From a virus (lineage: Duplodnaviria > Caudoviricetes): a stretch of 64,000 nucleotides of DNA. The translations under genes and the position numbers were made by a program. The stretch is taken from the IMG/VR virus record IMGVR_UViG_3300037400_003376, positions 130 to 64,129 of that record; one strand, written 5' to 3'. Below, in pieces: positions 39,729 to 49,492 of this stretch; positions within the stretch are counted from its first letter, which is position 1, and the number at the start of each line of letters is the position of its first letter. The notes under the pieces were generated by a model. That model saw nothing but the letters and a program-made list of their open reading frames with translations. It did not search any database and was not told where the DNA came from.

Positions 39729-42700
39729 ATGAAAGCAGCATTTAAATGGAGAATAGAAAATGGTTTATATGCCTATTTAACAGATGAAGAAAATAACGGC
39801 CCATTTTCATATAATTTATTAACGCACGAAAGACTTTACGACGATGGAACGGTCGTTGCCTCTTCTTCAGTAACAGAACCTGATATATCTACATTGGTAT
39901 CCAGAATGCCAAAACAAGAATATATCAACGCATTTAACCGTTTTAAAACATTCGTTAATGAGAATTATCCACAAACAACATTGTTGGATGTTATTTACTA
40001 TTATAATATGGAGAGTGACGAATGTACGATATCGGCAAGTTCGCCAAAATGTGTTACAGATCTTATACTTGACGCAACAGTGAAAACTGGAAATACATTA
40101 AGTGTAACAGTAATAAATGAAAAAACAGGGTTAACTTCTGATGAAGAATTGAGATATAAAATAGATTTCGTACTTCCAATAGATGGCGCAACTCATAGAG
40201 CAGTAAATGTTAACGGTGAGGAATTTTTATCATTGGACGATAAAACAACTCCTTTAAATTTAAGTGCTGGAACGTTGGTTACTTTGACAACTGGGCAAAC
40301 TGGTACAGTAACCATAAATGCAGACGTACCTACCGAACGAAATGAACTTATTTATTCTGATGACGGAGATGTATTAACAACACACCAATTACTTTATCAA
40401 GAAGCGGTAATTGTTGATAATTACGATGATTATACATTATGCACGTCCGTAGATAATATAGAAAGGGATATTCTAGGGTCTTGGCATCAATTTGTATGTG
40501 ACGATAAATATAGTCCAGAATATGCCACTGGACTTTATGTTAGTGGAAGTACGCTGTCCCCTAACACTGGCTATGCTATGTGGTATACAGACCAGGACGG
40601 GAAAGTATTAAACAAAGTTAATTCTGGTGATTTTAATGGGTACATGATACCAAAAGACAAAACGTCTTACATTATAGAATCACTTATTGGTACTAATAGT
40701 GGAGGAACTTCTGGCGATCAAATAGGATTTTCAATTATTAATGATTCAACCGCAGTACCTCGTAGAATATTAACCGAAAATGGTATATATTTAAGAAATA
40801 CTATGTATGACAAATATCATTCTGATGACCCAAATGATCCAGATGATCCTGATTATGATATAAGTGGTGACAGCCCAAAGCGCCCTAAATTATCTGCTTG
40901 GGTGATGGAGGATGATATTAATAACACAGCAAAGGTTATTTACACAAAAAGTCCGACTGAAATAGGCGATGACGAAGACAATGAAATGCCTAATACGGGC
41001 GATACGGTAGAGGTATATAGAATTTCTAATACAAACACAACTAAAGGTAGAAGAAGTTGTGTCTACGACCGAGATGAAACAGTGGTTGATATATATGATG
41101 CTGCTGGTTATATTGGTATGATTACTGTCGTTGTTACGAATTCAACCGAACTTCAAATGAAACAAAGCGGAGAAACGCACATTGGTACTGTTTATGTATT
41201 TGGTTCAATATATGATGTTAAAAGAAAAGTATGGACTAATAAAACCATAATTAATGGTGATAATAATGGCGCATTGGATAATTCAAATATTCGTAATACT
41301 GGCGTTTATTATGATAAAGGAGGATGGTTAGTTGGTTATAATGATAGCCTAAACACAACAACGATGGGTAATAGTGCAATTATTAAGACTTATGTTGAGT
41401 TTAAAGATGGCGTATTAACAATGAGATTCGCCGATCCGATTACATTTAATGATTCCGAAAATACTGGTTATACTTATAATGGTTCGGAATTGGTTATTAA
41501 TTTTAAAACACATACCTATGATTTTACACCATATAACGGAGCGACTAGAGACGGCGAAGTTTTAACAAAAAAGAGTAATATTTCATTAGGATCTTTTATT
41601 TGTGATGTTAAGGATAAAAATGGCGTAACTGTTTCACAAAATGTATGGGATATGTTTGTTGGTGGGACAAAGTTCGGATATAATGCATATTCTTATGTAA
41701 ACTTATACATCAAATGCATAAATTATATATTAGACAATTATGTATTTTATGTAAATAAAAATAGTTTAATGTATGGCGTTTATGAGTTAAATGCTGAGCG
41801 AACTGGTTATGTGAAAAGAACTTTAGAAGGTGGGGTTGCAGATGACCCAATGAATTATTTCTATGGTTCAAGAATGAATTATAATCCAATTACACGCAAA
41901 TTATTCTATAATGACGGAAGTAGTATATATCAAGTTGCTAATACATCGAACCTACCAGGAAACAATGTAACTGGAAATGGTACTACTGGACATTTAGCAA
42001 AATGGGTCGGAGAAAATGAGATAGGAGATGGTCCAAAATTAGGTAGTTCAACAAGTACATATTTAAGAAATGACGGTACATGGGCAACACCATCACAAAG
42101 AACAATTAAAGTTGATAATCAAACTTTAAACAACTCAACTACATTAAATCTTAGTGCTGGAACAAATGTCACATTAACAAAAGATGATACGACTGGTACT
42201 GTTGTTATTGAAGCAGCAGGTGGTAGTAGTACCGATCAGAAAGTTAGACAATCATCTGGTAATACTAATGATACATACCCATTATTGGCAAGTAACCAAA
42301 CAACATCAACAATATCTAGTGGTGGAGACTATGAAGCGATATATGATACTGGAATAAAAATAAATCCGAATAAACATAGTGTTGCATCTGGTTATGAATA
42401 TAATCAAAATTCAACTATAAACGCAACCGCAAGTGGCTCTCATGCCGAAGGTACTTCGTTAGGTATAAGTGGCCCATGTTCTATTAATGCGACTGGAAGT
42501 GGTTCTCACGCAGAAGGGTATGCGAACCAGGCAAATTCACATATTAATGCGGCTTCTGGAGGATCACATGCAGAAGGATATGTAAGTTCAGGAGAAGCAA
42601 ACTCTTCTGGCAATGGCTCCCATACCGAAGGGTATGTTTCTAAAGGCAGCATAAATGCAAATGGAAGTGGTTCACATGCAGAGGGATTTGTATATTCTGG

Positions 42701-43862
42701 GACAACAACTGCTTCAGGAATAGGCTCTCACGCGGAGGGCTGTGCATCTGGGGGCACTATAACAGCCTTTGGAAAAGGTTCTCACGCAGAGGGCATTAAT
42801 ACATTTGCTTATGGTAATAGTTCTCATGCTGAAGGTGACGGAGGAAAACCTTATATATCAAAGAAAGTATATAATCAGTATGGCGGTAATCTAAATATGA
42901 TAAGAGGCGATGGACTTACTGATATATCTGATGATTATTCTAACATAGAAGTTGGTGATATAATTAAATATGATTCGCTTTATGCAAAATGCATAGGAGT
43001 AGATAAGAACGATGGTAGTGCACCACATTATTTAGATTTTTATTTGGATACAAATGTTCCACAACTTTCGAGCGCAATAACAATAGAAGTTATACATGGA
43101 GGAGCAATTGGCAATAATTCTCATGTATCTGGTAAGAATACAATTGCATATGGTGATAATCAAACAGTTGTTGGAAAGTATAATCTACCAGACAAGGATG
43201 CATTGTTTATTGTTGGAAATGGCAAAAATAATGAAAATAGAGAAAATAGTTTTGTAGTAACTGATTTTACAGTTAGTATTCTTGGGTCCGCATATACTGT
43301 TAATTCTAGCAGTGCACCTATTTATACGTGGTCTGGTACTGATTTTGATTTTATGTGTATAAAACCTAAAATTAATGGAGGGACAGCTAATGCTTGGTTA
43401 ACATATCCAATTAATCATCATACAATGATTGTAGTTTCTGAATGTACACGTCCAGACGTTTGTGACCAAAGGATTTTTGCATTTCCAGCCGACAAATATA
43501 TACCAGGTGAGGAAATAACATTAATTTGCGATTCAAGTTATAATCCAGCAAATGCAAACGCGATTTTATTAACAGGCCCTTCCGAGATTAGTGATAATGT
43601 TCAATATTATTGTTGTATTAGTGAATTGATTTACAATAATATATTAAAAATTAGATTCTCAAAAGAAACATTTAATTTAACATTTGGAGGAAATACAAAA
43701 ACATTTAGGTCTATTGATATATGTGAAAATGTGTCTAGTAACGTATCTGGCATATACATAAGTAAAAATATTACTGGAAACAATTATTACGCGACAGGAA
43801 TTTCAATGATTATTCCTATTGCATTTAACGACACACATATATATGATATAGATTTTCAATAA
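39729..43862 (+). CDS. Tail fibre / receptor-binding protein with YadA-head-like SH(A/T)EG repeats
   Basis: Eight A.G.GSH(A/T)EG repeats at 42423-42840, followed by NQTVVGKYN..LFIVGNG; also a YLRNDGTW motif. Confidence 0.75.
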   Translation: MKAAFKWRIENGLYAYLTDEENNGPFSYNLLTHERLYDDGTVVASSSVTEPDISTLVSRMPKQEYINAFNRFKTFVNENYPQTTLLDVIYYYNMESDECTISASSPKCVTDLILDATVKTGNTLSVTVINEKTGLTSDEELRYKIDFVLPIDGATHRAVNVNGEEFLSLDDKTTPLNLSAGTLVTLTTGQTGTVTINADVPTERNELIYSDDGDVLTTHQLLYQEAVIVDNYDDYTLCTSVDNIERDILGSWHQFVCDDKYSPEYATGLYVSGSTLSPNTGYAMWYTDQDGKVLNKVNSGDFNGYMIPKDKTSYIIESLIGTNSGGTSGDQIGFSIINDSTAVPRRILTENGIYLRNTMYDKYHSDDPNDPDDPDYDISGDSPKRPKLSAWVMEDDINNTAKVIYTKSPTEIGDDEDNEMPNTGDTVEVYRISNTNTTKGRRSCVYDRDETVVDIYDAAGYIGMITVVVTNSTELQMKQSGETHIGTVYVFGSIYDVKRKVWTNKTIINGDNNGALDNSNIRNTGVYYDKGGWLVGYNDSLNTTTMGNSAIIKTYVEFKDGVLTMRFADPITFNDSENTGYTYNGSELVINFKTHTYDFTPYNGATRDGEVLTKKSNISLGSFICDVKDKNGVTVSQNVWDMFVGGTKFGYNAYSYVNLYIKCINYILDNYVFYVNKNSLMYGVYELNAERTGYVKRTLEGGVADDPMNYFYGSRMNYNPITRKLFYNDGSSIYQVANTSNLPGNNVTGNGTTGHLAKWVGENEIGDGPKLGSSTSTYLRNDGTWATPSQRTIKVDNQTLNNSTTLNLSAGTNVTLTKDDTTGTVVIEAAGGSSTDQKVRQSSGNTNDTYPLLASNQTTSTISSGGDYEAIYDTGIKINPNKHSVASGYEYNQNSTINATASGSHAEGTSLGISGPCSINATGSGSHAEGYANQANSHINAASGGSHAEGYVSSGEANSSGNGSHTEGYVSKGSINANGSGSHAEGFVYSGTTTASGIGSHAEGCASGGTITAFGKGSHAEGINTFAYGNSSHAEGDGGKPYISKKVYNQYGGNLNMIRGDGLTDISDDYSNIEVGDIIKYDSLYAKCIGVDKNDGSAPHYLDFYLDTNVPQLSSAITIEVIHGGAIGNNSHVSGKNTIAYGDNQTVVGKYNLPDKDALFIVGNGKNNENRENSFVVTDFTVSILGSAYTVNSSSAPIYTWSGTDFDFMCIKPKINGGTANAWLTYPINHHTMIVVSECTRPDVCDQRIFAFPADKYIPGEEITLICDSSYNPANANAILLTGPSEISDNVQYYCCISELIYNNILKIRFSKETFNLTFGGNTKTFRSIDICENVSSNVSGIYISKNITGNNYYATGISMIIPIAFNDTHIYDIDFQ

Positions 43863-43876
43863 TATAATAACAATTT

Positions 43877-43912
43877 AAAAAAATCCATGGATTCACTTCC
43901 ATGGATTTTTTT
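43877..43912. terminator. Bidirectional terminator between convergent modules
   Basis: AAAAAAATCCATGGA-TTCACT-TCCATGGATTTTTTT. Confidence 0.85.
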
Positions 43913-43958
43913 ATCCTTCATAAGTTTCTTTTTCAATTTCAGTTTCCTGTTTTTCTTT

Positions 43959-44249
43959 TCATAGTTCAATCAGCTTCTCAAACCAATCTGGATTTTTTCG
44001 TAGTTCTTTAACGAGACTATCTGCATAAGCAACCGCAACTCTTGCATATATATCTTTCACTGCCACCTCTTCTATTACTGAATGTTGTGTAGTTTCAAGT
44101 AGTGAATTAAGTACGGATATTGCGGTGTTTATCCGTACCTGTTCCCACTTTTCTTTTCCGTTTATAAGATCTTTATATGCCTCTTCCTGGATTTTTTTTC
44201 TCATCTCTGGGTGGCCAGCATATATTTCGTTTAACTTTTCATTATCCAT
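43959..44249 (-). CDS. Hypothetical protein (96 aa)
   Basis: ORF track; operon spacing. Confidence 0.7.
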   Translation of the reverse strand: MDNEKLNEIYAGHPEMRKKIQEEAYKDLINGKEKWEQVRINTAISVLNSLLETTQHSVIEEVAVKDIYARVAVAYADSLVKELRKNPDWFEKLIEL

Positions 44250-44251
44250 AA

Positions 44252-45148
44252 TTAGAAACTCTTAAGTTTGATACTTTTTCTCTTTCTATCCCAGATAACT
44301 CCGAATACCTCATAAAGAATCTTATAAGTCAAATCATCCTCATATTCTCTAGGAGTTAAGAATTCAATTTCACGAGTATCGATAGTTTCATTTGTTCTAA
44401 ACACCCATCCGTCTTTTACCTTGGTTAATTTCCAGTAGAGATTAACATATGGACTCTTACTGTCAACACCCAATCCGCTATCACGAACTACACCATACAT
44501 AAATGAATAGCCGTTAGTAAATTTAACAAAGTCGCCATGCTTTAATGTATGCTGTCCCTTGTGGGCTTCAAATTCTACCGTTGGAAGTTCTTCTGTTTTA
44601 GTGTCCTGGTCATCAACCTCAACTTCAATCTCAAGACTATCATCTGGTTTCTCACCAAGACCAACAACATCGTGAGTTCCGCAATTTGGTTCATAATCAT
44701 CTACCTCTACCTTAAAATCATCTGGTAAATACTTAATTTCTAAGTGTTTCTCAATGAAGTTAAGTTCACTTTCGAGGATTGAACGAATCATATCATCAGA
44801 GAAGAAACGAACATCCGTAGTGGTCATTGGAGAATCAGAGAAGCGTCTTTTTGCAATTCTAATACCAGTCGCTAAATTAAACTCATCATTAGCATCGCAA
44901 ATTGCCCAACCGAAGTTAAATTTGCGTGTAGGACGGCTGTCTTGACTCCTGGACAATACTACATAGCGATCGTCGATAGACCTAATCTCTCGATGATTTA
45001 TCTTATTATAAGTTACTGGGGCTAATAAGAAACCTTTAGCCTCGTTAGTTTGCACTAATTCTCCATAAACGAGAATTGTGTGTTTTTCATTTTTAACTGT
45101 ATCAATCACCTCTCTCGTGGCGTGATAACATCTTACTTTTTTACTCAT
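44252..45148 (-). CDS. Hypothetical protein (298 aa)
   Basis: ORF track; two domains joined by an acidic linker. Confidence 0.75.
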   Translation of the reverse strand: MSKKVRCYHATREVIDTVKNEKHTILVYGELVQTNEAKGFLLAPVTYNKINHREIRSIDDRYVVLSRSQDSRPTRKFNFGWAICDANDEFNLATGIRIAKRRFSDSPMTTTDVRFFSDDMIRSILESELNFIEKHLEIKYLPDDFKVEVDDYEPNCGTHDVVGLGEKPDDSLEIEVEVDDQDTKTEELPTVEFEAHKGQHTLKHGDFVKFTNGYSFMYGVVRDSGLGVDSKSPYVNLYWKLTKVKDGWVFRTNETIDTREIEFLTPREYEDDLTYKILYEVFGVIWDRKRKSIKLKSF

Positions 45149-45157
45149 AAACGTTTA

Positions 45158-45430
45158 TTATTTAAAATCTTGTATTATTGTTTCTGGTTTTAATGTGATT
45201 TCCAAATTTACGTTCAATATACCGTCATCTGTTATGTTTCCTTCGCTACAAGTTACATCAAAATCTTTTATGCAGCCTTCACCTCTAAGGTAATTTATTG
45301 CATCGGATATTTGTTTTTCTGGAAACATAGGTTCGTTTACATATTCATTCATGTGTGCGCCGTATTTCCGAATATCATCGTAAATTTTTTCTACGATTCT
45401 TTTTCTTTGTAATTCTGCAATACTACTCAT
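45158..45430 (-). CDS. Hypothetical protein (90 aa)
   Basis: ORF track; operon spacing. Confidence 0.65.
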   Translation of the reverse strand: MSSIAELQRKRIVEKIYDDIRKYGAHMNEYVNEPMFPEKQISDAINYLRGEGCIKDFDVTCSEGNITDDGILNVNLEITLKPETIIQDFK

Positions 45431-45432
45431 AT

Positions 45433-46326
45433 TTATTTTAGTTTTTCAATTAATGCTTTATCTAATTGTTTTGACAAATCTTCAAGGCGTATTTTTTCAT
45501 ATTCCCCGTTTGGCCTTAACCATATTAAATACCTAGCGATAATTGGTATACCTATTTTTTCTAGGCATAACTGGTATGCAGCTAATTGTAATTTATAAAT
45601 TGATAGAGGCATATCAAGTAATTCTTCAAACGGTGACAATAATTTTTGCTCTTTGAAATTCTTATATAAGTCACGGTTCGTTTTATAATCTTGAATCACG
45701 GCTCCACTCTGGCTATCTGGCTTTCCATTTAATGGGGCATCGTAATAGAATAATATATCGAATGTTCCGCTATAAGCATAATTCTCATTTACATTGAATA
45801 CTTTGTTCTCGGCAAGGATTGGTATATAGCACTCAGGTAAATCATTCCAGAACTTAACTATAGCCTCTTCTTTTGGAAATTGTGGGGTACAAATTCTTTC
45901 TCCGTTCTTATCAATCGTAAATCGATCAACAAATTCTGGTACAATCTTATCATATTCGCCAACCATCCACCAAAATACCGATTCTCCGAAGTTATGTCTT
46001 GCGCTTCCAAGTTCACAAGCGTCACTACTTGTCTTTTTCCACGATTCTTTGATTTGATCAACGGTCATCTGATAGTATTTCGAGTTTTCATTATGGAAAT
46101 TACGATCGAATGTCTCCTGTGCCATTCTATCCGTGTCGAAGTGAGGTTTAAATAGGTGCGTAATGTTAGATACGCAATCTAACTCAACCCCATTAAGGTA
46201 ATACTTATGTGGTGCCTCATCGAATACAAGGTCTTTGAAAGAATTTAAAATATTCTCTCTAATTACCTCATATTTTTGATCATGATAATGCTCTATCCAA
46301 TATTTCTTTTGTTTTAAGATGTTCAT
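45433..46326 (-). CDS. PD-(D/E)XK nuclease (Cas4/RecB-like exonuclease family)
   Basis: ENKV..SGTFDIL..QDYKTN..YKLQLAAY. Confidence 0.8.
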   Translation of the reverse strand: MNILKQKKYWIEHYHDQKYEVIRENILNSFKDLVFDEAPHKYYLNGVELDCVSNITHLFKPHFDTDRMAQETFDRNFHNENSKYYQMTVDQIKESWKKTSSDACELGSARHNFGESVFWWMVGEYDKIVPEFVDRFTIDKNGERICTPQFPKEEAIVKFWNDLPECYIPILAENKVFNVNENYAYSGTFDILFYYDAPLNGKPDSQSGAVIQDYKTNRDLYKNFKEQKLLSPFEELLDMPLSIYKLQLAAYQLCLEKIGIPIIARYLIWLRPNGEYEKIRLEDLSKQLDKALIEKLK

Positions 46327-46673
46327 TTCTTCATTAACGTATTATGTTTCTTTTTAACAGCATCATACTCTTTCTTAAGCATCTCAGATCCATCCACTGC
46401 ATATTTTCTAATCTTATCTTGATCAGAAACAGGAATTTCATTACAAGACACAATTATTCTGGCAATAGTTTCTAATTTGGATATATTGTATTCATAGTTA
46501 TCACATAACTCTTTAAAACTTTCATCTGTAATCTCTGCGTCAAAATCCCAGAAGTTTTCAGATGAAATCAACGATCCTAATATGAACCAAATCATATCAT
46601 CCTTATAAATTCTATTATAAGAAGCAATTAATTGTTCGTCAGTTAAAACTATCTTACCTTTTGGTGCTTTCAT
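46323..46673 (-). CDS. Hypothetical protein (116 aa)
   Basis: ORF track; ATGA coupling. Confidence 0.7.
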   Translation of the reverse strand: MKAPKGKIVLTDEQLIASYNRIYKDDMIWFILGSLISSENFWDFDAEITDESFKELCDNYEYNISKLETIARIIVSCNEIPVSDQDKIRKYAVDGSEMLKKEYDAVKKKHNTLMKK

Positions 46674-47034
46674 TTTTTAAGTTTTTTATCTTTTCCTTTA
46701 TTAATCTCTTTTGTAGTTTCTCTTTAATCACATCGCAATGGCAATGTTTTGGTGCACAATAACATCCAAGGTATACATCCTCACCGTTTTTATACTTTTC
46801 GTAGATTCTATCTACTTCATTTGTGAACTCAATGTTATTCCCATACATTTTGTCAAAATAGAGACTATACATTTTGATTGCCTCTTCTCTATCTTTGACA
46901 ACAAACATAGCCTTAGTCTTCCTATCCTTTATATCAGTATATGGGTTAGATAGAACCGATACTCCACGGAAGCACATGAAGTTATTTGGTCCTTCATGAC
47001 TCTCTTTTGTTATATTATAAACAGTTATTGCCAT
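46654..47034 (-). CDS. DUF4326-like protein
   Basis: LSNPY...REEAIKMY...LGCYCAPKHCHCDVI. Confidence 0.75.
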   Translation of the reverse strand: MAITVYNITKESHEGPNNFMCFRGVSVLSNPYTDIKDRKTKAMFVVKDREEAIKMYSLYFDKMYGNNIEFTNEVDRIYEKYKNGEDVYLGCYCAPKHCHCDVIKEKLQKRLIKEKIKNLKNESTKR

Positions 47035-47112
47035 AATGTAAAATAAATATACAAAAAAATATTCTTTTTCTAGATTACTAAAGTATTTATTTATATAAAA
47101 TATAGTATAATT

Positions 47113-47577
47113 ATGAACGCAAAGGAAAAGAAAATATTAGAAGAGAAAATCTATAGAATACTAAGAGAATCCATGTATGAGGAATTCATGGGTGAAGAAG
47201 GAAATCTAAACGATAAGGAACAAAAAGACGACGCTGGTGTAAATTCATCAAGGTTAAATCCAGAAGATGGTAGACGAAATAAGAGAGCGTCAGATGAGAA
47301 AGAGCATGAGGTTATTCAGTGGCTAAAAGACGATCAAGAGAATAATGCTGCTGTTGCTAGAGAATTGTGGCCAGAAAAAGACGAAGACGCCGCAAGAAGT
47401 GAATTCAGTAAAAAGGTTAGAGGGAAAGACGCCAATGGGAAGCCATATTCATTTGATGCAAAAGACGTAAATAGATTGTATAATATTAAAAATAGGTTTA
47501 TTAACAAAATTGACGAGGGTAAATTAACCTATATGATTAGTGAAAGTATTAAGAAACACTTAACTAATAGAAAATAA
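47113..47577 (+). CDS. Hypothetical protein, possible HTH, isolated on the + strand
   Basis: NNAAVARELWP..ARSEFSKKVRG helix pattern; own TATTTATA (47088) and terminator. Confidence 0.7.
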   Translation: MNAKEKKILEEKIYRILRESMYEEFMGEEGNLNDKEQKDDAGVNSSRLNPEDGRRNKRASDEKEHEVIQWLKDDQENNAAVARELWPEKDEDAARSEFSKKVRGKDANGKPYSFDAKDVNRLYNIKNRFINKIDEGKLTYMISESIKKHLTNRK

Positions 47578-47581
47578 TAAA

Positions 47582-47610
47582 AAATACCAGAGCGAAAAAC
47601 TCTGGTATTT
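47582..47610. terminator. Bidirectional terminator
   Basis: AAATACCAGAG / CTCTGGTATTT perfect stem between convergent genes. Confidence 0.85.
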
Positions 47611-47620
47611 CTTTTCTCTT

Positions 47621-48496
47621 TTACATTGCAGCATTTAGTTGCCCCATATTTTGTTTCATATATTTAAGGATTTTATCTCTAAGATTCTCCATATCCTCGT
47701 CTGACATTCGGTACTCATGAGCAAGTTCTGTTATACTATATTGTCTTTCATATCCGATACCGTATAGTTTCTTGATAATTTCCTTATGCTCATCAGGGAC
47801 CATACTTAAGAACTTATTTGCAAGTGTTTTTGAATACTCTTTATCTACCTCTGTTTCATACTCGTTAATAGATGCAGTTTTTTCATTGTACTCATTACTT
47901 TCCTCCATTGTAAAGTCATCATCAATGTCAGTATTTATTGATGTAACATTCAAATCATATAAATCAGAAATATCTTTTACTTTGATATTATATTCCTTCT
48001 CCAATATATCACGAACCTCATCTAGGGTTGGGTCATATCCATGCTCATTATAAAACTTTTGCATGATTTTATCCGTCTTCTTAAATAACTTCATGCCGTT
48101 TGTCTTCGTAATCATATCACGCGTATTTATAAGGTAATAATTCATCGCACGACGAATATACCACACAGCAAACGTGATAAATTTGTTACCAAGTGAAGGG
48201 TCGAACTTATCAATAGCCTCGTCTAGGGCTATATTTCCCTCTCCAACATAATCCATTACCTCCTCACTATCTCTTGCATAAATTTTAGCATTAGAATAGA
48301 TGAATCGTTGGTTATGTAAGAAGATTTGATCACGAGCACTCATATCTCCCTCTTCATGATACTTTCGGAATAACTCTTTTTCTTCTTCTGGTGTCAGAGC
48401 ATCATATTTTCGCAATGTTGTTAAGAAACTGTTCAAATTTTCAGTTCCTTCCATATACTTAACGTTCTGACTTGAAATTGTAAAATTACTGTTCAT
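47621..48496 (-). CDS. RNA polymerase sigma-70 family factor no. 1 (start moved to ATG 48496)
   Basis: Region 1.2 (LTPEEEKELF), region 2 (NQRFIYSNAK..GEGNIAL..AIDKFDPSLGNKFITFAVWYIR), region 3, diverged region 4. Confidence 0.88.
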   Translation of the reverse strand: MNSNFTISSQNVKYMEGTENLNSFLTTLRKYDALTPEEEKELFRKYHEEGDMSARDQIFLHNQRFIYSNAKIYARDSEEVMDYVGEGNIALDEAIDKFDPSLGNKFITFAVWYIRRAMNYYLINTRDMITKTNGMKLFKKTDKIMQKFYNEHGYDPTLDEVRDILEKEYNIKVKDISDLYDLNVTSINTDIDDDFTMEESNEYNEKTASINEYETEVDKEYSKTLANKFLSMVPDEHKEIIKKLYGIGYERQYSITELAHEYRMSDEDMENLRDKILKYMKQNMGQLNAAM

Positions 48497-48530
48497 ATAT
48501 GTTAAATTTTTGTTATTAAACGTTTTCGGC

Positions 48531-48568
48531 TGCAAAGATACAACAATTTTTTGAAATATAAAAATTTT
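48531..48568 (-). promoter_or_regulatory. Host-type promoter block, copy 2 (TATCTTTGCA)
   Basis: Canonical Bacteroidota -7 TATCTTTG; 37/38 identical to 50952-50989. Confidence 0.85.
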
Positions 48569-48606
48569 AGAGTAAATATTTTTTCAAAACTTTGAGGCAT
48601 TCGTCA

Positions 48607-48675
48607 TTATATGGAGTCATTAACATGGCTTATATGAATTGGATTAAATGGCCCAAAGTAGTAAATTTCTTTCAT
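48607..48675 (-). pseudogene. 22-codon remnant resembling the N-terminus of a HIGH-motif nucleotidyltransferase (NadD-like)
   Basis: MKEIYYFGPFNPIHISHVNDSI* resembles FGGSFNPIHIGH; ATGA-coupled to the upstream methyltransferase. Confidence 0.5.
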
Positions 48676-49487
48676 TTCTTACAAAGATACAGTTTTGTAA
48701 ATGTTGTATCGTTTAATTTATACAATTTGTTTTGTTTTTTGATTTTAAAGCCAACCTTTCTTATATATGATTGAATTTCTTTTTCATAATCTATATATGT
48801 TGAAACGTTGAAGAAATAAGTTCTCCATTTATCCCATCTCTTTTTACCACATTGCCAATTGTATGAAAAAACTTCAAAAATCAAATAGCCACCATCGTTA
48901 AGGCAATCATATGCTTGCCTGATATACTCAAAGCGTTGTTTTTGTGTCAGATGCTGAAAAACATTAAATGCCATTACAAAATCAAATTTTTTGACTTTCA
49001 AACTATCTGGTATTCCACTTTTGTCGATTTCCAAGAAGCATCTTTCACAAGCATTATTATGTTTACTTAAAAGTTCTTTATCTGATGCAACATAGTCGAT
49101 ACCGTAATACTCTGAGTTGTATTTTTCCATTAACTCAAGGCCAAGTCCACCGTAACCATATCCAATCTCAAGTATTCGTTTATTGTATAAATCATTTATA
49201 CGAACACCGAGACGGCTTAAATATATATCAAGGTGTTCCCTTTCTCTGGTAACAATATATTCCTTTGTTTGTCCACTATTACCATGTACACTATGGAATG
49301 GGAAATAGTGTTTACAATCTTTCCAAAATTGTTTCCATTCGTGGTCTTCTAATTCGAAAAGTCCATTGCTATCAGTTAATGAACTAGAAAAACATTCTTT
49401 ACCATTTGGTAAGATTACACGGTCCTCAGTTACATCCTTTTTGAGAGTACTAACCCATTCAATAAAATCAGTATTATATTCTGCCAT
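48672..49487 (-). CDS. Class I SAM-dependent methyltransferase
   Basis: ILEIGYGYGG, YYGIDY, KFDFVMAFNVFQHL and LNDGGYLIF. Confidence 0.88.
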   Translation of the reverse strand: MAEYNTDFIEWVSTLKKDVTEDRVILPNGKECFSSSLTDSNGLFELEDHEWKQFWKDCKHYFPFHSVHGNSGQTKEYIVTREREHLDIYLSRLGVRINDLYNKRILEIGYGYGGLGLELMEKYNSEYYGIDYVASDKELLSKHNNACERCFLEIDKSGIPDSLKVKKFDFVMAFNVFQHLTQKQRFEYIRQAYDCLNDGGYLIFEVFSYNWQCGKKRWDKWRTYFFNVSTYIDYEKEIQSYIRKVGFKIKKQNKLYKLNDTTFTKLYLCKK

Positions 49488-49492
49488 ATTAA

